Shown here one piece after another: positions 1 to 8,644 of a stretch of DNA of 64,000 nucleotides. Every line of letters begins with the position of its first letter. Position 1 is the first letter of the stretch. Where the stretch lies: positions 1,652,933 to 1,716,932 of the forward strand of contig CBDCPT010000001.1 in NCBI GenBank assembly GCA_965220395.1. Reading direction: 5' to 3'. Under the pieces are notes generated by a model. The model was not told the DNA's origin. It saw only the letters and a program-made list of their open reading frames with translations, and did no database searches. The position numbers and the translations under genes are program-made. Source of the DNA: Arenicellales bacterium. GTDB taxonomy: Bacteria > Pseudomonadota > Gammaproteobacteria > Arenicellales > JAJDZL01.

Positions 1-1946
1 GGCGGTTTTCACCAAATGCCAGTGCCTCACTCCACGCCATATTACCCGTTTCCAGTAGCCGCTCATCAAACCGGACGTGCGGTTTTCCCGCATCCGGCTT
101 TCAGACGAAATCATGCCTTCGCCCACGGAAAGCTCGTAGTCGTACTTGCAAGACGAGTCAAGCCGTACTGCTCGTACAGCCGAGCATCGGGAAAAAGCAC
201 GTATTTCCCGCTTCTCACCTTGTGTTTACGACATAGCCACTGACGAAGCCGTCGCATCGTGTGCATATCCACTGCGGTATAGGCTGGCAAAACTTGTCCC
301 AGGTAAAAATAATTCCCCCATCCAGTTAACATCTGGTTGAGGCGCTTTACCATTTGTTCAGATTCCACAGTCCCATAACAACTCGCGGTTTGCTCACTGA
401 TTTTGCGGCATATACCTTGAACGCTCGACTTGCTCGGACGAGTGCCGATGTAAGCGCCTTTTCCGTTGTGTCGATAATTCGTTCCAATACGGTAGCCCAA
501 AAATTCCAAAGCCTCATCCGGACAACGCAAGCATCGGGTCTTTTGCATATTCACTGGCAATTTCAGATGCTCCATGATTCGGGTAAACGCTGACAGCATT
601 TGTGCCGCCGGCGCTTTGCCCAAGATACAGATGTCATCTGCATAATTGACAATCTGTGCCTGAAACTTACGGGCAAAGCCCAATTGTTTCCAACCCAGAA
701 TGAAGCGCCTCATGTAGATATTGCTTATCAGCGGCGAAATTGGACAACCCTGCGGGATGCCCTTACGCTGCTTCTTCGCCCGGTTCGTACGGCGTCTGCC
801 ACCCTTGCCGTCATCCTGTTCTACCGGCATTTCCAGCCACGACTTGATGAGTCCGAGCATTGCGCCATCGCTGATGCGACGCGCCAAACTCTTCATCAGT
901 TCAGCATGGGGAATTTCACCAAAATAGTTGGATAAATCTGCATCTGCCACTTCATGATGCCCGCTGTTCAGCAGCGAATGAACACGAATAACCGCATCAT
1001 TCGCACTCCTGCCCGCCCGATAGGCATATTGCTCCTCGCCCAGATCGGCTTCAAAGATCGGCGATAAAACTAACATCGCCGAGGTTTGCACCACCCGATC
1101 GCGCAAGCAGGGAATGCCCAATGGACGAAACTTGCCTTTCTGTTTCTTCGGAATTAATACCTCTCGCACCGCTCGCGGTGTATAGGTCTTGTCTTTGAGT
1201 TCCCGCGCCAGTTCCCCAAGCCACCTCTCCACGCCATATGCCTCGATGTCGCTGATTGTCTCACCGTCCACGCCAGCTGCACCGCCATTGCGGCGCACCT
1301 GCCGATACGCTTCTGTAAGAAAATCTGCTCGATACAACTTGTCATACAATGCATGAAACCTCAACTCAGGTTCTTCCTTCGCTTTGGCATGTAGTATGCG
1401 CTGTAGCCTCTGAACCTTATCTGACCCTGTTAGATTTATATCAGTTGTCATGTCCTTTCTTCCTTTACATACTGCTTTCGACTCAAGGCTCCTTTCCTAC
1501 ACAGGCATTACCCTGTATCTTCGGTACTACGAGCCTATCCGCCACCCTGACAACCCAGTCTCGTCCTCACGGATTACCGGTTTGGTGTGTGCTGCATCAT
1601 TGTCAGGGCTTCCCGTGTTGCCACTTTACTCATCTTCCATGCGTGCCAGCGCCATTACCCCGACGGAAATACATCGGTGCTCGTATCGCTCACTTCCCCA
1701 TGTATCGTCGGTCTTCTTCCAAATCGCGACAGAATCGACTTCCGCATTAAATGTTTCGAGGCCTGTTCGACGTTCACTCGCGTTCCAGCCCGCATGTTCG
1801 CTGAATTGCCTTACGCAATCCTTCTAGCCAAAGTGCTTCAAACCATTTCGTTACCTCCTTGATCCGCTTTAGCCGCTACCAACCGGAGCGACAGTTGTTG
1901 GGTGGGATTTGCACCCACCAGAGTAAAGCGCCTTTCCACGGCGCAC
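1..1946 (-). mobile_element. Group II intron (ribozyme domains plus intron-encoded protein). The 5' end is at 1946. The 3' boundary is unresolved and lies within the first ~40 nt or beyond the window edge.
   Basis: The minus strand reads GTGCGCC starting at 1946, the typical intron 5' consensus. A domain V-like hairpin on the minus strand at ~66-100 reads AAGCCGGATGCGG-GAAA-ACCGCACGTCCGGTTT and includes the AGC triad. An RT/maturase ORF lies between them. Confidence 0.8.
111..1451 (-). CDS. Group II intron reverse transcriptase/maturase
   Basis: 446-aa ORF. RT motifs include GVDGETI, RPLGIPCLRDRVVQ, GIPQGCPISPLISNIYM and YADD. A C-terminal maturase-like region (GYRIG...LTGWGNYF) follows. Confidence 0.92.
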   Translation of the reverse strand: MTTDINLTGSDKVQRLQRILHAKAKEEPELRFHALYDKLYRADFLTEAYRQVRRNGGAAGVDGETISDIEAYGVERWLGELARELKDKTYTPRAVREVLIPKKQKGKFRPLGIPCLRDRVVQTSAMLVLSPIFEADLGEEQYAYRAGRSANDAVIRVHSLLNSGHHEVADADLSNYFGEIPHAELMKSLARRISDGAMLGLIKSWLEMPVEQDDGKGGRRRTNRAKKQRKGIPQGCPISPLISNIYMRRFILGWKQLGFARKFQAQIVNYADDICILGKAPAAQMLSAFTRIMEHLKLPVNMQKTRCLRCPDEALEFLGYRIGTNYRHNGKGAYIGTRPSKSSVQGICRKISEQTASCYGTVESEQMVKRLNQMLTGWGNYFYLGQVLPAYTAVDMHTMRRLRQWLCRKHKVRSGKYVLFPDARLYEQYGLTRLASTTTSFPWAKA

Positions 1947-2206
1947 GAGATTCGAATATTTACCGTTTGACGAAATTTCTATAAATGATGCTGGATAGTT
2001 CATTGATTACACACCACTTGTACGTTAGAGTCAATTATGATTCAACTCGTGACCATAGAAATCATGGTCATTATTCCGATTGACAATCGAACAGTTTCAT
2101 CAGCTCAATCACGATCAACAAAGACAATGTAATGGAACTCGTCGGAAAATCGAAAATGAAACCTTTAGTGTGCTGCAAAAGACGGTCATCGCATATCTTG
2201 GAATCT

Positions 2207-2599
2207 CTAGAATTGCAGAATAACATCCTGTTGATTCATGAGGTCGGACAGAGTATGAGAGGATACAACCGTCACGCAGTTGCTGTCATCCTCTCGCGGC
2301 ACGTCCATCAAGTCTTCGGCAGTCATGCCGCGCTGTTTCAAAGACTCTTCCTCGACGAACAGATTCGTAATATCAAAGTCTCGTAATGCTCTGAAGGTTC
2401 TGGTGAAGTGCTTCATTCCAAGTACTGAGGGATCTTGGTTTCGTATCAACTGATAAACACCGTCATCCAAGAAAACAACACTAATATCCTGCTCAAAGGC
2501 AGAGCCTGCCAACATTGCGTCTAGTGCCTCCAATCCATAGATGGTGCCATAAGGCGCACGACGATTGATGAACATGAAACGTTTTTTGGCTTCAACCAT
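2207..2599 (-). CDS. tusC: Sulfur-relay protein TusC/DsrF family
   Basis: 130 aa in the DsrE/F fold (FMFINRRAPYGT...LDALLAGSAF). It sits directly downstream of a TusD/DsrE-like gene. Confidence 0.7.
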   Translation of the reverse strand: MVEAKKRFMFINRRAPYGTIYGLEALDAMLAGSAFEQDISVVFLDDGVYQLIRNQDPSVLGMKHFTRTFRALRDFDITNLFVEEESLKQRGMTAEDLMDVPREDDSNCVTVVSSHTLSDLMNQQDVILQF

Positions 2600-2618
2600 T
2601 GTCTATACCTAAATTCAG

Positions 2619-3011
2619 TCAGTCACCGAATATTACTGTTCGATCGGCGATAATGCTTCCTTCAATGAAATAGCCAATGCCAGCAACCTGAAATTGGCTG
2701 TCAATATTGGCGATATCCTTTCCGTATTGCTCGGCGGATTCAGAACTCAATATGCCTCTTCTAAGCGATGCCGCGATGCAGACTGCCAGATCGATGTCGT
2801 GGTCACGAGATAATTTGGTCCATTGATTGACGATATCCCGGTCATCACTAGGAGGCGCGCTCAGTGCTGTGCCGTTGTATACACCGTCGTGATAAAAGAA
2901 CACACGAACGATTTCATGTCCGATGCGCAATGCAGCATTCACAAACTGATAGGCAGAATCGGAGGCCTGATGGGTATAGGGACCTTCACAAACTAGAATA
3001 TTGAATTTCAT
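2619..3011 (-). CDS. tusD: Sulfur-relay protein TusD/DsrE family. Start reassigned to the internal Met (MKFNILV).
   Basis: MKFNILVCEGPY...FFYHDGV...LAVCIAASLRRGI is the typical DsrE/TusD pattern with the conserved Cys. The upstream 27 codons of the tracked ORF look like read-through. Confidence 0.7.
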   Translation of the reverse strand: MKFNILVCEGPYTHQASDSAYQFVNAALRIGHEIVRVFFYHDGVYNGTALSAPPSDDRDIVNQWTKLSRDHDIDLAVCIAASLRRGILSSESAEQYGKDIANIDSQFQVAGIGYFIEGSIIADRTVIFGD

Positions 3012-3207
3012 GAGCTGATGAATTGAGGCATAGTGCACCACAGCATAGTGTTTAGTTATCCAATCTATAGAAGTGTGTCCATTGGATTGCATCTATAAAG
3101 GCGGACACTACTAGTCTAAATTTTTTTCGTCATGCATTTTCACTGCCGCCTTGGCAATGCGAAATGATGCCTAGGGGAACAGCCAAAGACACAGAAAATA
3201 GTTGAGT

Positions 3208-3432
3208 CTATCGTAATTTGACGAATTCTCTTGTCACCATACCCGCATCCGAAGAAATTTTATGAAGTAAACCAGGTGTTATATCTTGGCCGAAATGCAC
3301 CGGTACGGTAACAATCCGGCCATCGGAATGTCGAAATTGCTTATGCGACCTTTTTTGCCTCACTTCCTCAAAACCCAGTTTGTTCAGTATTCGAATGACT
3401 TCTCTAGGTTTTAATACAGGAATATTTGACAT
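3208..3432 (-). CDS. hicA: HicA-family mRNA interferase toxin
   Basis: 74 aa. The pattern LKPREVIRILNKLGFEEVRQKRSHKQFRH...VTVPVH matches the YcfA/HicA family. Confidence 0.8.
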   Translation of the reverse strand: MSNIPVLKPREVIRILNKLGFEEVRQKRSHKQFRHSDGRIVTVPVHFGQDITPGLLHKISSDAGMVTREFVKLR

Positions 3433-3581
3433 GTGTTACACCTTAATTTGCTCATAAAATGTTCCTATCAAGTAAACGTATGAAACTCCTATTTCCCCTA
3501 TAGCATGCGCGTATAGTGGAAATACTTCTACCAATCAAGGTAGAAGCAGATGATCAATAAAGAAGATGTAAAGATTGAGAA

Positions 3582-3836
3582 TTAAGCGGCCACTTCCAGA
3601 TGATCGGTTTCAACAACAACCGTTTTTGTGCCTACATACTGTGTCTGCATCTCAGGCTCACCATCTTCGAGTAGCATTGTGATGACTTCTTTCATATGCC
3701 GATCTAGTTCGTCGATTGTTTTTCCTTGACTGTATGCACCTGGAAAACTAGGCACACTTCCAATATACAGACCTGTCTCCAAGCATCGCTCGATGATGAT
3801 TGTGTAAGTTTGTGTTGCGTTTTTTTCCCTTGACAT
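3582..3836 (-). CDS. hicB: HicB-family antitoxin (N-terminal fold only, no obvious DNA-binding domain)
   Basis: 84 aa. YTIIIERCLETGLYIGSVPSFPGAYSQGKTIDELDRHMKEVI matches the UPF0150/HicB pattern. It lies upstream of hicA, separated by a 150-bp spacer containing a hairpin. Confidence 0.7.
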   Translation of the reverse strand: MSREKNATQTYTIIIERCLETGLYIGSVPSFPGAYSQGKTIDELDRHMKEVITMLLEDGEPEMQTQYVGTKTVVVETDHLEVAA

Positions 3837-4286
3837 TTCTTTTCCTACAGATTCAGCTTAAATTCGGGGATTCCTTTGAATTTTGCGTAGACCCCTAGTC
3901 ATATCTAACATACATTTTAACGCAACCGGTGACCAGTATGGATGGGAAACCAGAGAATTCGCCGTAGTTTGGTGGAATAGAAAATCGTGTTGCCAATCAC
4001 TGGGCTCTGGCAACGGAAGTTACAACGTTACATCAGTTTTCGGATATCGAACGAACAATTGATTGCTAGAAATGTTGTTATTGAAAATCCGCTCTTGCCG
4101 AAAGAATTTCTTCCGAAAATCGTTGTATTGTATTTTTCATCTCTACTGCATTTAATGCATCAAGCAATACAACACCCCCGTAAATATTTGGGAATTACAT
4201 ACTTGTGTACATTTTTATTCGCATTACCATCAATAATAATGTACAATACTACCATAAATCAATAACACATTTCTAGATTGAAACTT

Positions 4287-5234
4287 ATGACTAGCAAAGG
4301 AAAGGGACCAGGTAAATACAACCGAAAAGGCATTAGCCTAATCGAAGCCGTTCAAAAGTTCGGAGACGAAGAAACAGCAGAGAAATGGTTTGTAGAACGT
4401 CGCTGGTCAAACGGAATCATCTGTCCAAAGTGCAATAGTGATAAGATCAAACCAAGAAGAACTGCTAGAAAAACTCCTGTGTATCACTGTAATTCCTGTA
4501 AATTCGATTTTACAGTAAAGACTGGAACCATAATGCACGACTCCAAGCTGCCCTTGAGTAAATGGGCTTTGGCATTCTATCTGTATTCAACTAACTTGAA
4601 AGGTGTGTCCAGCATGAAACTGCATCGTGATCTAGGTATCACTCAAAAGTCTGCATGGCACTTGGCACATCGAATCAGAGAGACTTGGAACGATGAAACA
4701 CAGAAACTGTCAGGCACAGTAGAAGTGGATGAAACCTATATGGGTGGTTTGGAAAGGAACAAGCACAACGATAAGAAACTCAAATCAGGTAGGGGTGCAG
4801 TAGGCAAGACTGCCGTTATTGGAGTCAAGGAAAGAGAATCAAAGAAAGTCAAAGCGGAAGTTATAGAAAATACGAAACGACCAACACTTCATGGATTCAT
4901 TGATAAGAACATTGAAGCTGGTTCAGCAGTCTATACGGATGATTTCAAGAGTTACGAAAAACTTGATGGGTATGAACACAGTACCGTAAAACACAGCGTA
5001 GGACAATACGTAGACGAACAAATCCATATCAATGGCATGGAGTCGTTCTGGTCTATGCTGAAACGGGCACATAAGGGAACTTACCATAAAATGTCAAAGA
5101 AACACCTAACTAGGTATTTACAGGAATTTGCTGGCAGGCACAATATCCGTGAACAGGATACCATCAACCAGATGCAACATATCGTTGCTAGTATGATTGG
5201 GAAGAGATTGAGATATTCAGAACTAGTGAAGTGA
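4287..5234 (+). CDS. IS1595-family (ISXO2-like) transposase, apparently intact
   Basis: N-terminal zinc ribbon (CPKCNS...YHCNSCKFDF), then LKGVSSMKLHRDLGITQKSAWHLAHRIR and VEVDETYMGG, with a DDE-type C-terminal half. ATG 4287 aligns with the start of the second copy. Confidence 0.9.
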   Translation: MTSKGKGPGKYNRKGISLIEAVQKFGDEETAEKWFVERRWSNGIICPKCNSDKIKPRRTARKTPVYHCNSCKFDFTVKTGTIMHDSKLPLSKWALAFYLYSTNLKGVSSMKLHRDLGITQKSAWHLAHRIRETWNDETQKLSGTVEVDETYMGGLERNKHNDKKLKSGRGAVGKTAVIGVKERESKKVKAEVIENTKRPTLHGFIDKNIEAGSAVYTDDFKSYEKLDGYEHSTVKHSVGQYVDEQIHINGMESFWSMLKRAHKGTYHKMSKKHLTRYLQEFAGRHNIREQDTINQMQHIVASMIGKRLRYSELVK

Positions 5235-5636
5235 ATGGAGGTCTACATAAAGCTAAATGGGCATTCTGATGCTGGTAAGAAACCAGCTTGGCAGGCTGCA
5301 TCGATAATCAGTGCAAACTCAACAATCATTCATACCATAAACACGGCTATACCGATTCTAAGAATATAGTCAATGGTTTTATAGAGGTTACTTTTCCTTT
5401 TCATAATCTATCACCTTTCCGTCACATGCCAGCACGCCAGAATAAATAATCTAGCACGACATTAAAGTAAGGAAAAAGGATAAAGAAAATGATGAAAAAA
5501 AGTATCAACGAGATTATTTTCACCCATTTAGGGTATCCTGGATTGTCCAAATTCAGAACTCGTGACATAGTCAGGATTGATATGCGACAATTGGCCTTTC
5601 GTAGACCATTCTCAAATCAGTTCCGGGGTAAATTGT

Positions 5637-5936
5637 TCACTGTAGAGTCGCACACTCGCATAGATCATGCAACGCTTTATTGAAGCGTGGCTGAGCCATG
5701 CAGTGAAAGCGTACCACCAGTCGTTTGCGTTGTCTACACGGCAGCAGGCCAATCGCCATGCGCTGCCCATAATCATCGGATTCAAGATACGACAGCATCA
5801 CGCCACTGGCGTTGTGAATCGCCACGCGGCCGTTTTCGCATACCTTGGCGCAGCGCTCGTTGATGAATTCGGCATGTTCCGGGAGGAAGTTCAGGCACGA
5901 TTGAAGCATGGCATAGGTTCGGCTTTGGAGAGACAA
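5637..5936 (-). CDS. Hypothetical protein or gene fragment in a locally GC-rich patch; function unknown
   Basis: 99-aa ORF with protein-like composition (FLPEHAEFINERCAKV...). An overlapping opposite-strand ORF looks less protein-like. No family was recognised. Confidence 0.3.
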   Translation of the reverse strand: MSLQSRTYAMLQSCLNFLPEHAEFINERCAKVCENGRVAIHNASGVMLSYLESDDYGQRMAIGLLPCRQRKRLVVRFHCMAQPRFNKALHDLCECATLQ

Positions 5937-6093
5937 TCGCCGTTATTCGATTTATGCCACATTTTTCCAAAAAAAGCAGGCCGAACCGCATGTTTATTGA
6001 TATTCTCTTCACCTATGTCACGTGTTCTGAAGTTAGGTTTGGAAGGTTCCTCTTTCTCTTTTATTTTCTCCAACAATCTTGCTAGCTCGGCAT

Positions 6094-6205
6094 GGGTGCC
6101 GGGCTATTGCAAACATCTTGAAAAAAGAAATCCTTGCCTATTCACCTTGACGGTTGTTATATTTGGCAAGTAACCCGACCTGCGGGAATTTCAAAATGTT
6201 TGCAG
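6094..6205 (+). repeat. Conserved ~110-bp internal module of the IS1595 cargo elements (copy 1), bounded by 17-bp inverted arms
   Basis: Near-identical to the reverse complement of 14727-14839. The arms TTGCAAACATCTTGAAA (6107-6123) and TTTCAAAATGTTTGCAG (6189-6205) are inverted. The module contains TTGCCT, a 17-nt spacer, then TTATAT (6134-6162). Confidence 0.85.
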
Positions 6206-6314
6206 TAAAGATTCGATACCAGTTGTATTTCACTTGTAAACAAATATTCACTAAATGATCTACAATGAATTTTCATAGCAAAAAGTAAAGACGATTTCAC
6301 AAGAAGGACTAGAT

Positions 6315-6638
6315 ATGAAGAAGACTGGTGCAGTTGGCATTAAAGGCACAATCACATGGCATGTGTTTCAAAGTGAACATGGTAATTGGATTGGAATTTG
6401 TGACACTCTAGGGTTAACAATGGAGGGTCCTACTATTGACGAATTGAATCTCAATATTCAAGATGCAGTGCAGTCAATTCTTAATCGACTTTTGAAAAAA
6501 GGAGAACTGGAGAAATTCTTTAGTGATCGTGGATGGGGTTCACAGCAATACGCAATGGAGAACGATATAGGAGCAAGTGTCCCAATTGATCTTTTAGTGC
6601 ATTCAAATTATGCCTATTCCACGTCAGCAGTTCATTAA
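6315..6638 (+). CDS. HicB-like / DUF1902-like antitoxin candidate (IS cargo)
   Basis: 107 aa. WIGICDTLGLTMEGPTIDELNLNIQDAVQSIL resembles the HicB/UPF0150 N-terminal fold. It overlaps the next ORF by 29 nt. Confidence 0.5.
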   Translation: MKKTGAVGIKGTITWHVFQSEHGNWIGICDTLGLTMEGPTIDELNLNIQDAVQSILNRLLKKGELEKFFSDRGWGSQQYAMENDIGASVPIDLLVHSNYAYSTSAVH

Positions 6639-6834
6639 GTCTTTAAGAGAACTAGGCTACAAATTCGACCATCAAGCAAAGCGGACTTTTGTCTATAGGA
6701 AAATTGGTGGCACTCATCATGTGGCAGTTCCCCAACAGGAGTTACTGGATGAACGTAATATTCATTCTATTTTGAGACAGTGCGGATGCACTGATTCCAA
6801 AATCAGAGAGATTATGGAATCACTCCATGAATAA
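6610..6834 (+). CDS. HicA-like small protein (IS cargo); the canonical G-S-H catalytic motif is not evident
   Basis: 74 aa. FIKSLRELGYKFDH...HHVAVPQQELLDERNIHSILRQCG parallels the HicA layout. Confidence 0.45.
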   Translation: MPIPRQQFIKSLRELGYKFDHQAKRTFVYRKIGGTHHVAVPQQELLDERNIHSILRQCGCTDSKIREIMESLHE

Positions 6835-6877
6835 CTCTACACGCCAAGCAACGTGATAATCAAACAGAGAGGTTGAA

Positions 6878-7024
6878 ATGTCAAAGAAACCCAAAAGAGG
6901 CAGACCCATAACAAAACCCCTCCCAGAACGAATCAACGCCTCTCCAGAAACAATAGCTGAAGTGGTGTTGCGAGCCAAGCCAAAGAAGTCATGGGACTAC
7001 ATGAAAAAACAGGAATCACAATAG
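6878..7024 (+). CDS. Small basic protein (48 aa) at the distal end of IS element 1
   Basis: ATG preceded by AGAGAGG. Sequence MSKKPKRGRPITKPLPERINASPETIAEVVLRAKPKK.... It is the positional and weak sequence counterpart of 14505-14657. Confidence 0.45.
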   Translation: MSKKPKRGRPITKPLPERINASPETIAEVVLRAKPKKSWDYMKKQESQ

Positions 7025-7111
7025 GGGATTTAGTACACAAGTATGTAATTCCAAAAATTTAGATTACCTCCGAGCCAAATCCTCATACTGATAAAATTGA
7101 GTGCATGAAAT

Positions 7112-8608
7112 TTGCTATTTCGTGCATGGCCTTGTGTTGTTCTGATTGTCGGATGCGGACTGGGAGGTTCAATTAAATCCAGAATTAACTTGCTAGAGCG
7201 TTTGTTGTGTGCATTATGCATCGGCGTCTTGTTCGTTATTCTTTCCGGTCAGCCTGCAAGCGCCCAAACGCAAAACCCGATTAAATCACTCGTTCTGGAG
7301 CGGCAGGCCCGACATTTTCTCTCTCTGATTCGGGAAAACTCAAGTTTATCTGAAGATCTTCAGATCAATAACTATGTATCAGATTTGGCAAAGGAAATAG
7401 CGAAAAATGCGAGAATGGACTCTGACCCATTGCACTATTTCGTCGTCAACGATTCCAGCATAAACGCATTTGCAGGCCCCGGTGCCACATTTTTCATCAA
7501 TACGGGGATTATTGAACTTGCAAAAACGGAAGGAGAACTGGCTTCGGTCATCACGCACGAACTCGCACACTACAAACAGAAGCATTTGTCCCGTTTGTTC
7601 AGCGACTACAAAGCTACGCAATTACCGGCTCTGGTTGCAATTCTTGCAGGAATTGTAGTAGGAGGAGATACTGGAATTGCTGCGATAGCCGGCGCGCAGG
7701 CAGCTCAGACAGAGGCACTGATCGACTACACGCTGGCTTACGAACGGGAAGCAGACGCAGTTGGGCTTCAGATATTGACGACATCCGGCTACAGCCCAAT
7801 CCACGCAAGGAATTTTATGCTGGTACTGGAACAGGCCATTCGTGAACAAGGAGTAGTTCAATCAAATATTCACAACACGCATCCCGTAACACCTGAAAGA
7901 ATTGCAAGTTTTGAAGCTCGTGTAAATCGATACAAACAGACCGTTGATAAGCCAGTTCCCCCTGATTTCCATTTCGTCAAGGCACGATCACGCGTTCTAT
8001 TCAATTGGGAACCGACCAGAACCAGTAAATTTTTCGAGGACAATTTGTCTGTGGGGAGCGAGATGGAGCAATTTGCAACTCGTTATGGATTTGCGCTTTC
8101 ACTCGCCAGAGATACTCAAATCGATTCTGCCCGCGAGGAGCTGAACAATCTCCGGGCAATTGAGCCTGATAATCTATGGTTTATGCTTGCAGCAGCAGAA
8201 ATTGAACTGAATCAAAACAACCCAAATTCTGCAAGAGAGCTGTTAGCTGATTCAGCATTGTCTGAAAATGCCGATTCAGCCGTTGTTGAATTTTATACAC
8301 TCGCGCTGATTCGTTCTGGCAACCTTGAGGAGGCCAATCGATATATTAAAAAGCATCTCAACCTCAATTCAGAGCAGATAAAGTATTACAAACTACACGG
8401 AGAAACGGCTACAAAAAGCGGCGAGGTGTTAAATGGTTACATTTCAGAGTCCGAATATCACTTTCGACTTGGCGAATTGAAACTCGCGTTGCAGCAACTC
8501 AAAATTGCTGAACAACATGGGGATGATTTTTACTCTACGGAAGTTATTCGTGAGAAAAAACGAGTTATTGAAGAGGAAATTGCCTGGAGGGGTACGCACA
8601 ATTACTGA
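7112..8608 (+). CDS. bepA: M48-family zinc metalloprotease with C-terminal TPR-like region (BepA/YfgC-like); exact start uncertain
   Basis: HELAHYKQKH (HExxH) and EREADAVGLQIL motifs, a signal-like N-terminus (...SGQPASAQ) and a helical repeat C-terminus. Confidence 0.7.
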   Translation: MLFRAWPCVVLIVGCGLGGSIKSRINLLERLLCALCIGVLFVILSGQPASAQTQNPIKSLVLERQARHFLSLIRENSSLSEDLQINNYVSDLAKEIAKNARMDSDPLHYFVVNDSSINAFAGPGATFFINTGIIELAKTEGELASVITHELAHYKQKHLSRLFSDYKATQLPALVAILAGIVVGGDTGIAAIAGAQAAQTEALIDYTLAYEREADAVGLQILTTSGYSPIHARNFMLVLEQAIREQGVVQSNIHNTHPVTPERIASFEARVNRYKQTVDKPVPPDFHFVKARSRVLFNWEPTRTSKFFEDNLSVGSEMEQFATRYGFALSLARDTQIDSAREELNNLRAIEPDNLWFMLAAAEIELNQNNPNSARELLADSALSENADSAVVEFYTLALIRSGNLEEANRYIKKHLNLNSEQIKYYKLHGETATKSGEVLNGYISESEYHFRLGELKLALQQLKIAEQHGDDFYSTEVIREKKRVIEEEIAWRGTHNY

Positions 8609-8644
8609 CGGCTTTGCAACACCAGTACGCTAGATTGACTAATC

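Larger units (their letters stand above)
4190..7052 (+). mobile_element. IS1595-family element 1 carrying passenger genes (2.86 kb)
   Basis: A perfect 20-bp inverted repeat GGAATTACATACTTGTGTAC occurs at 4191-4210 and, reverse-complemented, at 7033-7052. The flanking 8-mers AAATATTT (4182-4189) and AAAAATTT (7053-7060) match 7/8. An intact IS1595-type transposase lies inside. Confidence 0.75.

Noticed and set aside
5667-6173. 168-aa plus-strand ORF spanning the GC-rich patch and part of the conserved module.
   Set aside because: Its composition is not protein-like, it runs through the palindromic module, and it overlaps a more plausible minus-strand fragment.
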